From assembly GCF_011386835.1 (NCBI RefSeq), contig NC_088800.1, forward strand, positions 80,104,001 to 80,168,000: DNA of 64,000 nt, written 5' to 3'. Under the pieces are notes generated by a model. The model worked only from the letters and a program-made list of their open reading frames with translations. It was not told the DNA's origin and made no database searches. Of the stretch, positions 12,741-24,365 are shown piece after piece. Origin of the DNA: Chrysemys picta bellii. Its lineage: Eukaryota. The translations under genes were made by a program, and so were the position numbers. Positions within the stretch are counted from its first letter, which is position 1; each line of letters begins with the position of its first letter.

Positions 12741-13013
12741 AAAAGAACAGGAGGACTTGTGGCACTTTAGAGACTAACAAATTTATTAGAGCATAAGCTT
12801 TCGTGGGCTACTGCCCACTTCTTCGGATGCATATAGAGTGAAACATATATATATCTCCTCAATATATGTTTCACTCTATATGCATCCGAAGAAGTGGGCT
12901 GTAGTCCACGAAAGCTTATGCTCTAATAAATTTGTTAGTCTCTAAGGTGCCACAAGTCCTCCTGTTCTTTTTGCGGATACAGACTCACACGGCTGCTACT
13001 CTGAAACCTGTCA
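12741..13013 (+). mobile_element. Penelope-like (PLE) fold-back fragment with hammerhead motifs
   Basis: 110-bp inverted arms (12741-12850 / 12862-12971, 3 mismatches), 11-nt loop, 3' tail ...cacggctgctactctgaaacctgtca; perfect 13-bp TSD TTATTCTCACTCA at 12728-12740 and 13014-13026. Confidence 0.88.
12882..12921 (+). ncRNA. Minimal type-I hammerhead ribozyme motif, variant core CCGAAGA (mirror copy at 12791-12830 on minus strand)
   Basis: GCAT-CCGAAGA-A-GTGGGC TGTA GTCCAC-GAAAG CTT-ATGC: helix I GCAU/AUGC, helix II hairpin, palindromic AAGCTT helix III. Confidence 0.65.
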
Positions 13014-13859
13014 TTATTCTCACTCATGAATTAAAAGGCTATTTAGATTGGGGCAGGGACTTGGTTTTTGTTCCGTATTTATCTGGCACAATGGGGCATG
13101 ACTGGGGCTCCTCGGCACAGATAAATAATAATATCTACATTTATAATCAATAACTTTATGTATAAACTGGGCGGGCCAAATTCTGCCCTCGTTGACACTG
13201 GTGTAAATCCACTGACTGTGCTGAATGATTGATTTTCAGGTTACATACATCCCCTCCACCCCCATCTCCAGAAATGCCCTTCTCTCCAGCAAGGAGACTT
13301 TGTATGCCAGAATCCATGCCCAGAGAAACCAGTTTCTCTGCATGCCCCTGAAATGAAAGGCACGGTTATTCCATGGAAGACGAGCCCCCCTCCCCTTGAA
13401 CAAGGGAACACAGTACCCTGGGAAAAGAGAGGAGGGTCTGTCTGTCTCTTTCTTCTGGTTGTCAGAAGCACGGGGCGGGGGGGGGGACAAGTGCTCCCCT
13501 TTGTGTTGTGGGTGGAAAGGAGCCAGGGTTATCAAACTGGAAGAGCTATCCCGGCTGAATTGTAAATTAAGCTGATGCAACAAGGAGCACTTTGTAAGAA
13601 CACTGCATGAAAGAGAGAGTGTTCTCCCTCGTGAGCTGGATCAGAACAGAGATCTCCCAGAACAGGCGCCTGGCTCGTTCAGAATGGGCTAGAGTTTGGA
13701 GCATTGTGAGATTTTGATTTATACAGTGTGAATTATGAAGGCAACAACAGGTGAATGTAAGCCAGAGCTCAAAGGGGGCTGCGTAGCACAGACTCTGCTA
13801 CACAGGTTCATTCTATCGAAGCCACTGATACAGCAATGCCAGAGCACCTCACGATCTGT

Positions 13860-14015
13860 AACGTCTTTATCCTCACCACACCTCTGCTCTTCGCCTCATT
13901 TTACAAACGGGGAACAGCTGCACTAAGTGACTTGGCCAAGGTCACACAGAGTCTGTGGCAGAGCAAGGCCCTGAGCTGAGGGTTCCCAACCACGGGTGCC
14001 CTAACCACTGCCCCA
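13860..14015 (-). mobile_element. MIR/CORE-like SINE
   Basis: cattttacaaacggggaacagctgcactaagtgacttggccaaggtcacacag...ccctaaccactg. Confidence 0.7.
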
Positions 14016-17000
14016 TGCTGAGGATCTGGAGTCAAACCCTGGTTTAGACGACAGGAAGTTCTCTTTGGAAAGGAACGTTCTTGCTCCATTATGGCCAGGA
14101 GGCCATGGCATGTGTCTGCAGACAAACGCACACAGATATCACGCTTTCTGTGCCCGGCTGACCGCAATCACAGCAACTGCATCACCTTCCCGGGCTGAAT
14201 TTTCAGTCAATGCTGATGTCCTGAGGGGTATCCTGCAATTGACATACACCCTACAAAACTCTATGAATGAACATCCTGCAAAGCAAACCTATGAGTCCCC
14301 TTGCTTCATTCCCAGTCCAGTGATGCCACAATAAAATAGCTTGGGGAAAACAGCCACGTCTGTCCTAGAACTGATCCCAGCTTTGCAGCCTCCTACGCTA
14401 CGCACACAGGAACTCTCTGTAACACCCACCAGCCGGCCCACTGGGACACCACAAAGAAGTAACCGTGCTGCCAATAAATATAGCAAACTTAATTCAGAGA
14501 CTTTGTAAATGGTTCGCAGGCACAAAGGAACGAAGGGGAAAGGGGGAGATTTACTGGTAACAGCTGCAGTGGAGTAAGAAAGCTGGAGCGAGTGGGAGGA
14601 AAGGCCTAAAACCCAGCCACTGACAGCACTTTTCTAACCCCCCTGTTCTTACATAGTGCTTTTCATCTGGCACTCGCCCAGCGCTAGTCACAAGAGGAAA
14701 GCATCAGTTGCCTGCCCTTTATAATGCAGTCTCGCTTCTCTACTTTTCCCCATAACTGATCCTGCATTCATTTTGCAGCCCCTTTTCTTGCATATCACGT
14801 CCTCTCTCTGGCATTCGTGACCTAAGAACATAACTTCTGCTGGCAAGTTACCATTCTTGTTTGCTGTTGATACAAAACCAGTAATTGACTAAAACTGTAT
14901 CCTTTCTAGTCCAGCCAGGTTTGCAGTCAGCAAAGGATTTGCAGCAGGTTTGGGAAAACACAGGAGCAGTTTTTTCCATCAAGCTGCCCCCAAGGGCGCT
15001 CTGTGCTCCGCCCCCACTGAGGGTATGTGTACTTTGCCCCCACCTCATGCTCCCCAAAGATTGAGGTCTGCTCCATCCCCTCAGTGCAGGTGCCCTGTGC
15101 TCCTCCCATACTCCCCAAGTATGCTGTGCACCAGGGAACTCAACAGGTTAATCCCCTGTTCCTCTGCTCTCCCCCAAGACGCTGATTATGCAGTGTGTGA
15201 AGTATCACCGGGGTCCCACGGGGATGATTATCAGCCTGGTGAGCTACTCATCCCATCCCAATGCCATTAGTTACAAAACAGAGAGAAAGGTTTAAAGCTC
15301 TTTTGCTTGAACATGTTAGCTAAACCCTTTAGGGAGCGCCTGGTGTGCCAGAGCAGCTAATCTCTGCAAATCACTTTTATTCCATCTTGCTCTGGGTTTT
15401 CCTTTTTAATCAACTTAATCTTTATTCATGAGGTGCGCTACTGCGTTAGGAAACAACTGGGTTCCAAGCAGCAGGCTCTGGGAAAGGAAGCGGGGAGAGA
15501 CGTTGCATTAGCCTCAGCCAAAAGCCCAAGGGCCTGAAGAATTTGAGCTCGGTGTGTTCCAGGGCCGATCTCACAGCAAGAGGAGGGGCGAAGTGCCTGA
15601 TTGCGTGAAGTACATGTTTGCTGGCTTTGATCAACGTATCTGTTGCTATATTTAACCAGCGAGGTCCACGCACACCTCAGCTTCCTGACAGAGACAGTTT
15701 AAAAAAAATTAGTTGACTTAAAAAAATAATTAAAGAGATCAAAGAAATAACGAGCAGCAAGGGCAAGCGGCACAAAGTGAAGAATAAATGGAGCTCTAAT
15801 AAGTCAGCGAGAGAAACGGGGCAGGAGGGAGTATGGCCTAACAGCTAGAACACGGGGCTGGGTAGGTGCTGTTGCTGTGTGGTCTGGAATGCCTCGGTGG
15901 CCTCCCCCCATCTGGTCAAACAGAGTTAATAACCTGTCTCAAAGGGGCAGGGAGGGGTTAAATTCAGAGAGAAAGTCTCTATAGGGAAATGCCAAACTCT
16001 GACACTGCATGAGACACCGGGGCAGTTTTCAGCTCATCCGGCAAGGCCTTCCTTGGAGATGCACACACAGGAGAGACACTAGCCAGAAGGACCTTTTCTA
16101 CAGAGCACGTCAGCTGTGTGCAGCAACCTGTAAAATGCAAAGACTTGTTCAGTCACCTCAACAAGCCCCACAGGAGGGGAGAGCGGCTGAAGGAAGAGAT
16201 CACCCTGCTCTTGGAGCATGGAGAGAGCAGAAGGAGGGCCTGGGATTTCAGACATGCTTTCCAGGAAGGAGGCGGGAGAAAAGACACCCAGGCTGGGGAT
16301 TAAATCAAACTCCCCAGGGGCAAGGACTGTCTTTTTGTTCGGTGTCTGTCCAGGGCCTAGTATAATAAAGTCCTGGTCCCTGACGGGGGCTCTTAGGTAC
16401 AAGAGTAAATAAATAATAGGTGTAGTGGATTGGGGCCTGAACCAAAGCCCAATCAGGCCCTGAGATACTCGACACAGGCACTTTACTGCTCATGGATATT
16501 TATAGGCCTCATACAAAGGCAACCGGGAAGTCTCTGCTCAGACGAGGCTCTGGACTGGAACATCAAGGATGGTTAGACACACACACACACCCCCCCCCGG
16601 AGCACACTAGAAAGTGCTGGACCTGTTTGCTTGAATGCGCAAGTCTCGATTGCTCCGTGATGCAATATCGATGGTGTTTCTTGCTTTGCCCCCAGAGGCC
16701 CAGGCAGGGCGTCGCCTTCCGGGCCATTCGGTCCTGCAGTTTCCCCAGCGGATGCAGTTGCCATTCAGCGCGTCGTGGTGGGTTCTCTCACAGCCCCGAA
16801 GGAAGGCCTTTCCCCAGCCTGACAGCGATCCAGAGGCACTGACAGGACTGCAGTTCCCCTGATGAGCTAGAATTAATTACCCCGTTAGCACAAGGTAGCT
16901 GGGTTATTTTAATTTTTTTGGCGAACATGCACCATTTCGTAGCTACTGCGAGGGTCTTACTCAGCATGAGGGGGACACTTCCAGCAAGCCCCGTTTCGTC

Positions 17001-17887
17001 CAGAAGGTCTCCGTCTTTCCCTCATGATCTGATCCACCAACTAACTGAGATTCTGTTTGCTCTGTGGAGCCGGCTTTATTCACCATATCAAGGCCTTCTG
17101 GTCTGTTTGATAGTCCTGTGCATGTGGTCTCAGGACCCACTGTGACCCCAGAGTGGTCATACAAACTGATGAGAATTGGACCATTTCATCCAGGGAAAGT
17201 AGTCCATAAGCCATATGGGCCTTTTATAATCCCTGAGAGAGCAGACTCTGGCTTTCAAAAGGGATAGTGCCGTGACATAACACCCAAAAGCAACTGCTGC
17301 ACTGTGTTAACTACCAAGAGGCTGGCACTGGGGACTCTGTATCTCTTCACCTCTGCTGGGATGGGCCATGCTTACCAGGTGAACTCACAGTGTTGTTATA
17401 ATCTTGTCTCCCAGTAAACGGACTCATATCTATTCATTGCACAAAGCACTTTGTATAACCCAATGCCCATGGGAGACGCTTGATAGACCCCTCTTGCCAA
17501 ACATTGCCGTCCTGGGAGAAGTTACTCCATGGTTTAGGAATGAAATACAGTTCTGGACCTCACCATGATAGTCCAGCCCCCTAAAGGTCCTGACACCCGA
17601 TCCTCAAAACACACAGGGAAAAGATTATGGAAGCCTAGAGGGAATTGAGATGACAAGCGGACCCCTGGAACTTCTCATCCACAGCATGGATCCACTGCAC
17701 AGGGATGCCACAGCCCTGGACCTAAGCAGGAGTGGGGAAGAAAGGGAAGAAGGATGATCTTGTGTTTCAGGTACCATACAGGGATCTGTTCTTGGCTTTG
17801 CCACTGACTCATCAGATGGCCTTGGGCAAGTTACTTAACCCCTCTGTGCCTTATTTCCCCTCTCTATAACTCTGCTTCCCTCCATCA

Positions 17888-17915
17888 CCCCCCCCCCCCC
17901 ACACACACACACACA
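17888..17915. repeat. Compound (C)13(AC)7 microsatellite inside a MIR-like SINE (about 17760-17960)
   Basis: Directly visible; the flanking ggccttgggcaagttacttaacccctctgtgcct is the CORE pattern. Confidence 0.8.
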
Positions 17916-20287
17916 AGGCTAAGCCTCATCCCTGTTTGTAATGTGCAATGGGACCTAGACAAGAAAACATAGTGACCCTAACCTTGCAGGACAAGGACTC
18001 CATCTACTACTCTGTGCCTAGCAGAAGCGCCTTGAGACGGAGCCATGTGCACAGTGAATGTTTGTGGACCCCATCTCACCCGGCAGTGCCCTGCTCATGG
18101 CCTGGCTTCTCCATTATCACCCTGCTTAATAATTGAAGCGCCATTGTAGAGGCATTAAAGTTTCAGCAGACGACATGTTCTGAATTAGCAGAGAGGGAGC
18201 AGGAGCTGGCCTGATGCTGCCTCCAATCATAGGCTTTTAAACCCCCCGTGAGAGAGACCAAGAGCTACCTTTCTAATCCTTCCTTTTACCCCAGGAGATT
18301 CCAGACTGTTCGCTACTTGGCCGTAGCTGGAGGATTTCAGCTCAGCTCGTCCAGAGAGCCTTTGGCATTAACAGAGCAAGTATTTATAGAGCATCTATGA
18401 ACATGGCACCTGGGGGCCCTTTCCAAAGAAAGTGGCATTAACCAGAGACTCAAAGAGGGGAGAACGTGTCCTCTCCCCACTAGATCCTCCCACTCCTCAT
18501 TGCTTCTGCACCTCTGGAGCACATTACGCTTCCCTTCCAAGAGGAATGATTCTGTGGCCCCAGGGAGGTATGTACGACACAGGAAATCTGTCTGAAACCC
18601 TAATCGATGGGCTTTTCTCCCTCTGGCTAATGGCTTTTCTATAGCACACGTGGCCTGGAAATCACTATCGGAGCTCTTGCAAGACTGCTCGGTGGCTCAG
18701 GGCAAGGGTCACTAAACGCTCGGGAGGTGCACGATGCCTTGATCGCAGCTCTCAGAAGCACCATGGGACTCCCACGCGGTAACCTCCAGCCGCTTTGCTC
18801 TTCCAGCTGGGTCGGCAAAATTGGACGCGTCTGGTATTTAAGGGCTTTGTGATCCACCCAAGGGGCAGCTGCTAAGAGGCTGTCATCAGCTGAAATAGAG
18901 AACCCTGGTCAAGGCAGTCACAAGGCAGGTGGGGGTGGGGAAAGATCAAGAGGCACTCAGTGGAAGTCAGGGTCCAGCTAGTTCGTTTCAGGGGCGCAGG
19001 GTGACCAAACTCCCGTTCCCATTCTTCCTTGCCCCGGGTGGCTGAGCAGACCAAAGCAAGGCCCTGGCATCAGGGATGCGGTGGAGGAAAACTTGGGGGG
19101 TGAGCCAGAGAGACTGATTCCTTGCTATGGGAATAAGTCTAACATGCGTAGGAAGAGGTCAGAGGGAGGGAGAGATTAGAGGTAATGCAGCTCTTTTCCT
19201 TTGCAAACTCTGGGTCAATAGCATCTGCTGCCCCTCACTGAGCAGTGTGGAGGGGGTGGTAGATCTCACTTCTTTAACCCCTCTGTCTCCCCCCAAAATG
19301 GTTGGCATCTTCCCAGGAATATCATCTCCTCTTCCCTCTGAGTCCACGGGGGATGGCACATGGGGGAAGCATGGCTGGGCAGGGGGTGATGGGATGTCTG
19401 GCTGGGAATCAGCTGTTCCAGGTGCCTTGCCCCCGGCAGAGCCTCGTGAAAATCCCCCTGGAAGTTAATGCCAGTGGAAAAATCCCAAGCTGCAGTTTGG
19501 AATCTGCGCCTAGAACCCTTCTCCAGAACAAACTGCTCCTGCTTCCAGGCTGGGCCAGGCTGATGGGATACAACCCAAGAGTCCGTGATTAGATTCGACC
19601 TAAGCTGTTTGGTTCAGGCCTATTTGTAGTATAGGACAAAGGCCTACTAAAAATCAGTGCCTGGACTGCTTCCCATTCCCCCAGTACCCAGGCAGAGCAC
19701 GCCTGGCTGTGCCCTATGCCTCTTAGTACATTGACTTCAAAGGAACATCGGTGGACACCCAGGACAGACAGATTCCAAGAGACATCCTATCCCTCCAAGT
19801 ACCTCACTTCCATGCCCCGGGCTCTGCCCTTGCGTTCTCCCTGCCCGCCTGACTGTAGATTCAGCAACACAGACCTCCACGGCCCAGCCACACACCTTCT
19901 ATTCCACTGACAGCTTTTCTCCTGCATTCTCGCCTCTCTGCACCTAAGCTCGAAGAATGATTAACTCCATAACACCTAACGCCCACCAGCACTAGCCTGG
20001 GTCCATAAATCATTTCATCCACCCCTGCAGGTTTTTCTTTTGTTTATAGCTTCCCTACCTTCCCATGCCTACACACCTACATATCTAGATTCTTTCATAG
20101 GGCTCAGCTGGGGGACCCCTCCCCCGCTCTGTGCCCTATCAGGTTTTCACATCAATAAGGCTAATTGTGCCACCACCAGGTCATCAGCTGGTGCAAATCA
20201 GCACAGCGCTGTTCATTGCAATGCAACTAGGCTGATTCACACCAGCCAAGGATCTAGCTCCAGCTTCCTTGATCAGGATTTCAGCTC

Positions 20288-20420
20288 CTCTGGGTCTGTC
20301 TACACTGCACTGAGAGCATACCTCCCAACCTGGGTAGACGGATGGACACCAGCTCTGCTCCAGCCAGCATGTTAAAAATAGCAGTATGAACATTGCAGCA
20401 TGGACTAGCCACCGAAGCAC
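20288..20420. mobile_element. PIF/Harbinger-type MITE fragment
   Basis: Begins gggtctgtctacactgca, the same GTCTACACT terminal motif as the 47771 element; other end not found. Confidence 0.55.
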
Positions 20421-21411
20421 CAAGCCAGGAGGTCGGGCGGGTTTACGTACTCCCAGATTTTGCCCTTTGAATCTTTCCTTTCAAACAGCTTTCCCCCTGC
20501 CCCAATTTCTGTTCTCTTTATGCCACACTCAGGGAGAAGGAGTGATTGTCTCAGTTCCCGAGCTTCCCCCTGCCACCGTTGTGCAAATCGCAGCTCTCTG
20601 AAATGGGAAAGCCCAGCAGCATTGACTCTGCCCATGCAGAGATACAGGATTGTTTTCGCTAGTGCTTTGTCAAGTCCAGCCATGGGGGAAGTTGTTTCAG
20701 TCCCTCTGGGAGATTATTCCCTTGCCCGCTCCCCATTGGGAGACTTTTCCTGGTGACCAACCTAGCTTTCCAGTGCTTAATATAGACTGGCTACTTGTTA
20801 TACGCTTTTGGATCACCCTAAGTAGTTCATCTTCTGCATGGGCCTCCCCGTTTTCCAGGGGCGAGAGGATGGTGCTGTGATTAAGACCCATGCTGGGAGT
20901 TGGACTGTCTGGTTTCTCTTCCTGGCATTGCTACTGATTCCAGGTAGCTTGGCCTATGCTAACAACATCACCTGTTTGCAGGTGCTACTGGTCAATGGGT
21001 GCAACTGAACATGGTTTCATTGCAAATGGATCCAAGGACAAAGGGTACTTGGCACCATTTCACACCACGGTTAAAACCAGCTGAGACCCCAGGATAATCT
21101 GAGCCAGGATCCTCAGGTAAATGTTTTTGACACGCACTGTCTGTTTATTAGAAAATGGCGATGACCTGGAGAGAAGCAGTTTCCAGCAGATCCCAACCCA
21201 GGGGACAGAAATCCACACCCAGGTCACTCATGCTGCCATGGGAACCCTTCGCTTGGCTACGGGGGCTCCCAAAATAAGCCTCTCACACCAGAGCCCAGCC
21301 TCCTTTAGTTCCCTACCTGCTACTAGCAGTGAGCTCCTTAGTCACACAGCTGGTGAACAAGGGAGGAAGTCCTTGTAGCCCAGGTAAGTCTGAGTAGTCA
21401 TGGCTCTGGGG

Positions 21412-21594
21412 GAATCATAGAATATCAGGGTTAGAAGGAACTTCAGGAGATCATCTAGTCCAACCCCCTGCTCAAAGCAGGACCAATCCCCAGACAGATT
21501 TTTGCCCCAGATCCCTAAATGGCCCCCTCAAGGATTGAACTCACAACCTTGGGTTCAGCAGGCCAATGCCCAAACCACTGAGCTATCCCTCCCC
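21412..21594 (-). mobile_element. Full-length tortoise Pol III-type SINE (tRNA-derived head, CR1-derived tail)
   Basis: Minus strand reads GGGGAGGGATAGCTCAGTGGTTTG (A box)...GAGTTCAATCC (B box)...ggttggactagatgatctcctgaagttccttctaaccctgatattctatgattc (CR1-type tail). Confidence 0.9.
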
Positions 21595-22254
21595 GGTTCA
21601 TCTTGACCCAACAAAAAAAATCAGAAAACAAATACCTGAGCATCTGGCTTCTTTTTCTTGACCAATCAGGTGACGATCAGCCACCTGCAGCAAAACGGAA
21701 ACATTTGCCATCGTTTTCTTCAGGGTTAATGCACGCGACGGTTGAGAAAGATCCTGGCTCGTTGTCTAAGCCCATTAAAACAAAGAGGGCGGTTGGAAAA
21801 GTAACAACCAATTGCGGGTGTGAGGAATGAGCCTCTCAGGGCCGTTCTGATTCTGGCGAAGCCAGAAAGGTCCTGCGCAAACATGAAGCGGTGCTTTACC
21901 GGCCCGGGCATTTTAACTCCCTTTGCTCACTGCATCTTCACTGAAAACAGCCCGTGTTTGGAAAGGCTGAGGAGTGAGGTCATCTCATAAACAGGGATGG
22001 GCCAGGGCTCCAAATCCAGTGGGCCTGATTCTGCTCTCAGTTGCTGTGGATAAATCAGGCGTCACTGCCTGGAAATCACTAGTGTCAGGAGAGGGGAAAC
22101 TCAAGGCCAGTGCCTGTGAACGCTCGTTGATGCTGTTCTTAAGCCATAGTGTCTATGCCCCTTATCACCGGCTATTCACAAGCATTTACTTGTTCACATT
22201 GACGTGGGGGAGAACGACACGCTTCATCCGGATGCCAGCCACTTCCGAGAGGCA

Positions 22255-22497
22255 GGCTCGTCCTGTGGTTAAGGTAGTAGATGAGGACTCAGCAGATTGG
22301 GGTTCAATTCCTGGCTCTGACACTGACTTCTTGTGTGACCTTGGGCAAGTCATTTCCCCTCTTTTCTCTCCTGTCTTGTCTAGTTCGATTGTAACTCTTC
22401 TGGGCAGGCGTTGCCTCTTGCTCGATGGTTGTACAGCACCTACCACAATGGGCCCCTGATCTCAGTTGGGGCCTCTGGGTGCTGCTAAAATAATAAT
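22255..22497 (+). mobile_element. Near full-length MIR-like SINE
   Basis: gtggttaagg (A box), ggttcaattcc (B box), CORE tgtgtgaccttgggcaagtca, tail tgtacagcacctaccacaatggg...aataataat. Confidence 0.85.
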
Positions 22498-22698
22498 GGC
22501 TGAGCTTTTCAGAAGTGACCAGTGATTTGGAGGGCCGTCAATTTTGGATGCCCAACTTGAGACAACGGAAAGAGGCCTGATCTCTCAGAAGTGCTGTTCC
22601 CCTGCCCTTTGAAAATCAGGCCCTGGAGAGGGTCTCAGATTGGACACCTAAAAATGGAGGCATCCCCAAATGACTAGTCACTTTGGAAAATGTCAGCC
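22498..22698. mobile_element. Symmetric (fold-back) non-autonomous DNA element
   Basis: About 31-bp imperfect TIRs ggctgagcttttcagaagtgaccagtgattt / aaatgactagtcactttggaaaatgtcagcc, plus inner inverted pair gcccaacttgagac / gtctcagattggac. Confidence 0.7.
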
Positions 22699-23144
22699 AA
22701 CCTGTCCCTCTCTGAGACAGCTGTCTGTCCAGGCAGGGGCAGGGGCGGCAGGTAAGCCTGCGGGTTTATGCAGAGCTTTCTCACAGATAAGCTGCCAGGG
22801 GTATTTTATAAGAGATCAGCAGGTGGCTGGGAAGCAGGGATCCGGAGGGAGGCAGTGGCACCACAGGGGAAATGGCAAAAGCAAACGTTATTCTTCTGGT
22901 ACGTGATCTGAATGCTAGTGCAAAGCTGATGGCTCTGGGGGCAGAGGTCTCCTCTAGCCACAGAACAGAAACAGCATAGGCTGTGCCGTGCAAACGTCCC
23001 ACTCATGCTGTTCATAAGTGCCACCATGAGGACCAAGGTTCCAAGGCTTGCTCACTTGTGCAAAAGTTGCAAGTGTTCCCTGGTTCCCCCACACACGTGT
23101 GTGGTGTTTGTTCTGGGTATGAGACGTTATTTGGGTACAGAACA

Positions 23145-23164
23145 ACACACACACACACACACAC
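23145..23164. repeat. (AC)10 microsatellite
   Basis: Directly visible. Confidence 0.95.
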
Positions 23165-23886
23165 TGGTTGTTTCTCGGTTTCTCCCAACAGAGGCGGGGG
23201 TGGGGAGGGAGCATATCATACGAGCTCTCTTTAGTCTGAGTCTTGTTAGTCTTGTAAGCTCCGCTCCTGAGCCGATAAATATTGCATGAGCTTTGGTCTT
23301 CATGCATCCCAAAGGCAGATGAGTGCAGCTGGGGGCAGTCAGCCAGGACTCAGGGAGATTCCTGATGGAAATTCAATGGAGATTCCTTCGCCTAATGCAG
23401 ATCCAACCAGTCTGGCTTCCCCAAACCCTTGTCATTGACCGCAGGTGGCCCTATGTGAACATGTACAAAGCAACTAGCTAACTCTGACTCAACCTGCGCA
23501 CTTGGCCCCATTTTCATTTATACTTAGGCCCCTTTATGGCACTCTGGCAGTATAAATGAGACCCAGGACCACTGCGGTGGAACAGCTGGTATCCCCATTT
23601 AGCGTGGGCCCATTGCTCATGGGAGCCAGCTGCCGTGCCTTCCGTGATTGCACGGGACCCCAGCTCAGGCCTTTCCTCCTCATTAATAAGCAAAGCGAGA
23701 GGTGGTCTCCCCGTGTTTGCCTCTTTGTAACAAACGGTCCTGCCCCCTTTCACGGCACCTTCCATTTTGTCTGTGTTCTTTTCAAAAGCCCCATACAAAA
23801 AAAAAGCCCCCTGCCCTCTGAATGCAGAGATGTAAATGCGGCAACCTAGGTGCCCAGCCGGCTAGTCCCTCTGCTCACTTGAGTGA

Positions 23887-23999
23887 CAGCGGGGCTTAAT
23901 AATCAAAGAGATGCCGGGACTCAAGCAATATTTTTACTTTCATAACCGACGCGGCAACCAGAGGTGCCGGGGCTCAGCCCTGGCAGAAATTAAGCGCTG
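23887..23999. mobile_element. hAT MITE (CAGYGCTTAAT ends)
   Basis: cagcggggcttaat ... aaattaagcgctg; inner gtgccggggctcagccctggc; left end damaged, no clean TSD. Confidence 0.65.
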
Positions 24000-24251
24000 A
24001 GCGGCAGGCCCCCGTTTCCGTCGGCTGGAGCTGTGCTAAGGAAGCAGCCCGTCTCGGTTCTGCTCGCCCAGGTGTTTGCCCCAGATTCAGGCGCATTGCG
24101 CTGCTTTGTCGGAGGAACAGATTTTTCACAGGCTTCCTCGGCAACTCTTGCACATGCGAAACGTGACCCTGTTCCAGCCTGGCAGATTTATTGATGGTAC
24201 CAGCGCCCATGGCACTCCGCCGGGGCCATACAGCGGCAGGAGGACAGGCAG

Positions 24252-24365
24252 TAGGGTGACCAGATGTCCCAATTTTATAGGGACAGTCCCAATTTTGGGG
24301 TCTTTTTCTTATATGGGTTCCTATTACCCCTCACCCCCTGCCCCGATTTTTCACCCTTGCTGTCT
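24252..24365 (+). mobile_element. hAT Blackjack-like MITE lacking the right TIR
   Basis: Matches the 1219 copy up to ...cccttgctgtct, then switches to unrelated CT-rich sequence. Confidence 0.85.

Noticed and set aside
21520-21594. tRNA gene on the minus strand
   Set aside because: A and B boxes are present but continue directly into a CR1-derived tail; this is a SINE head.
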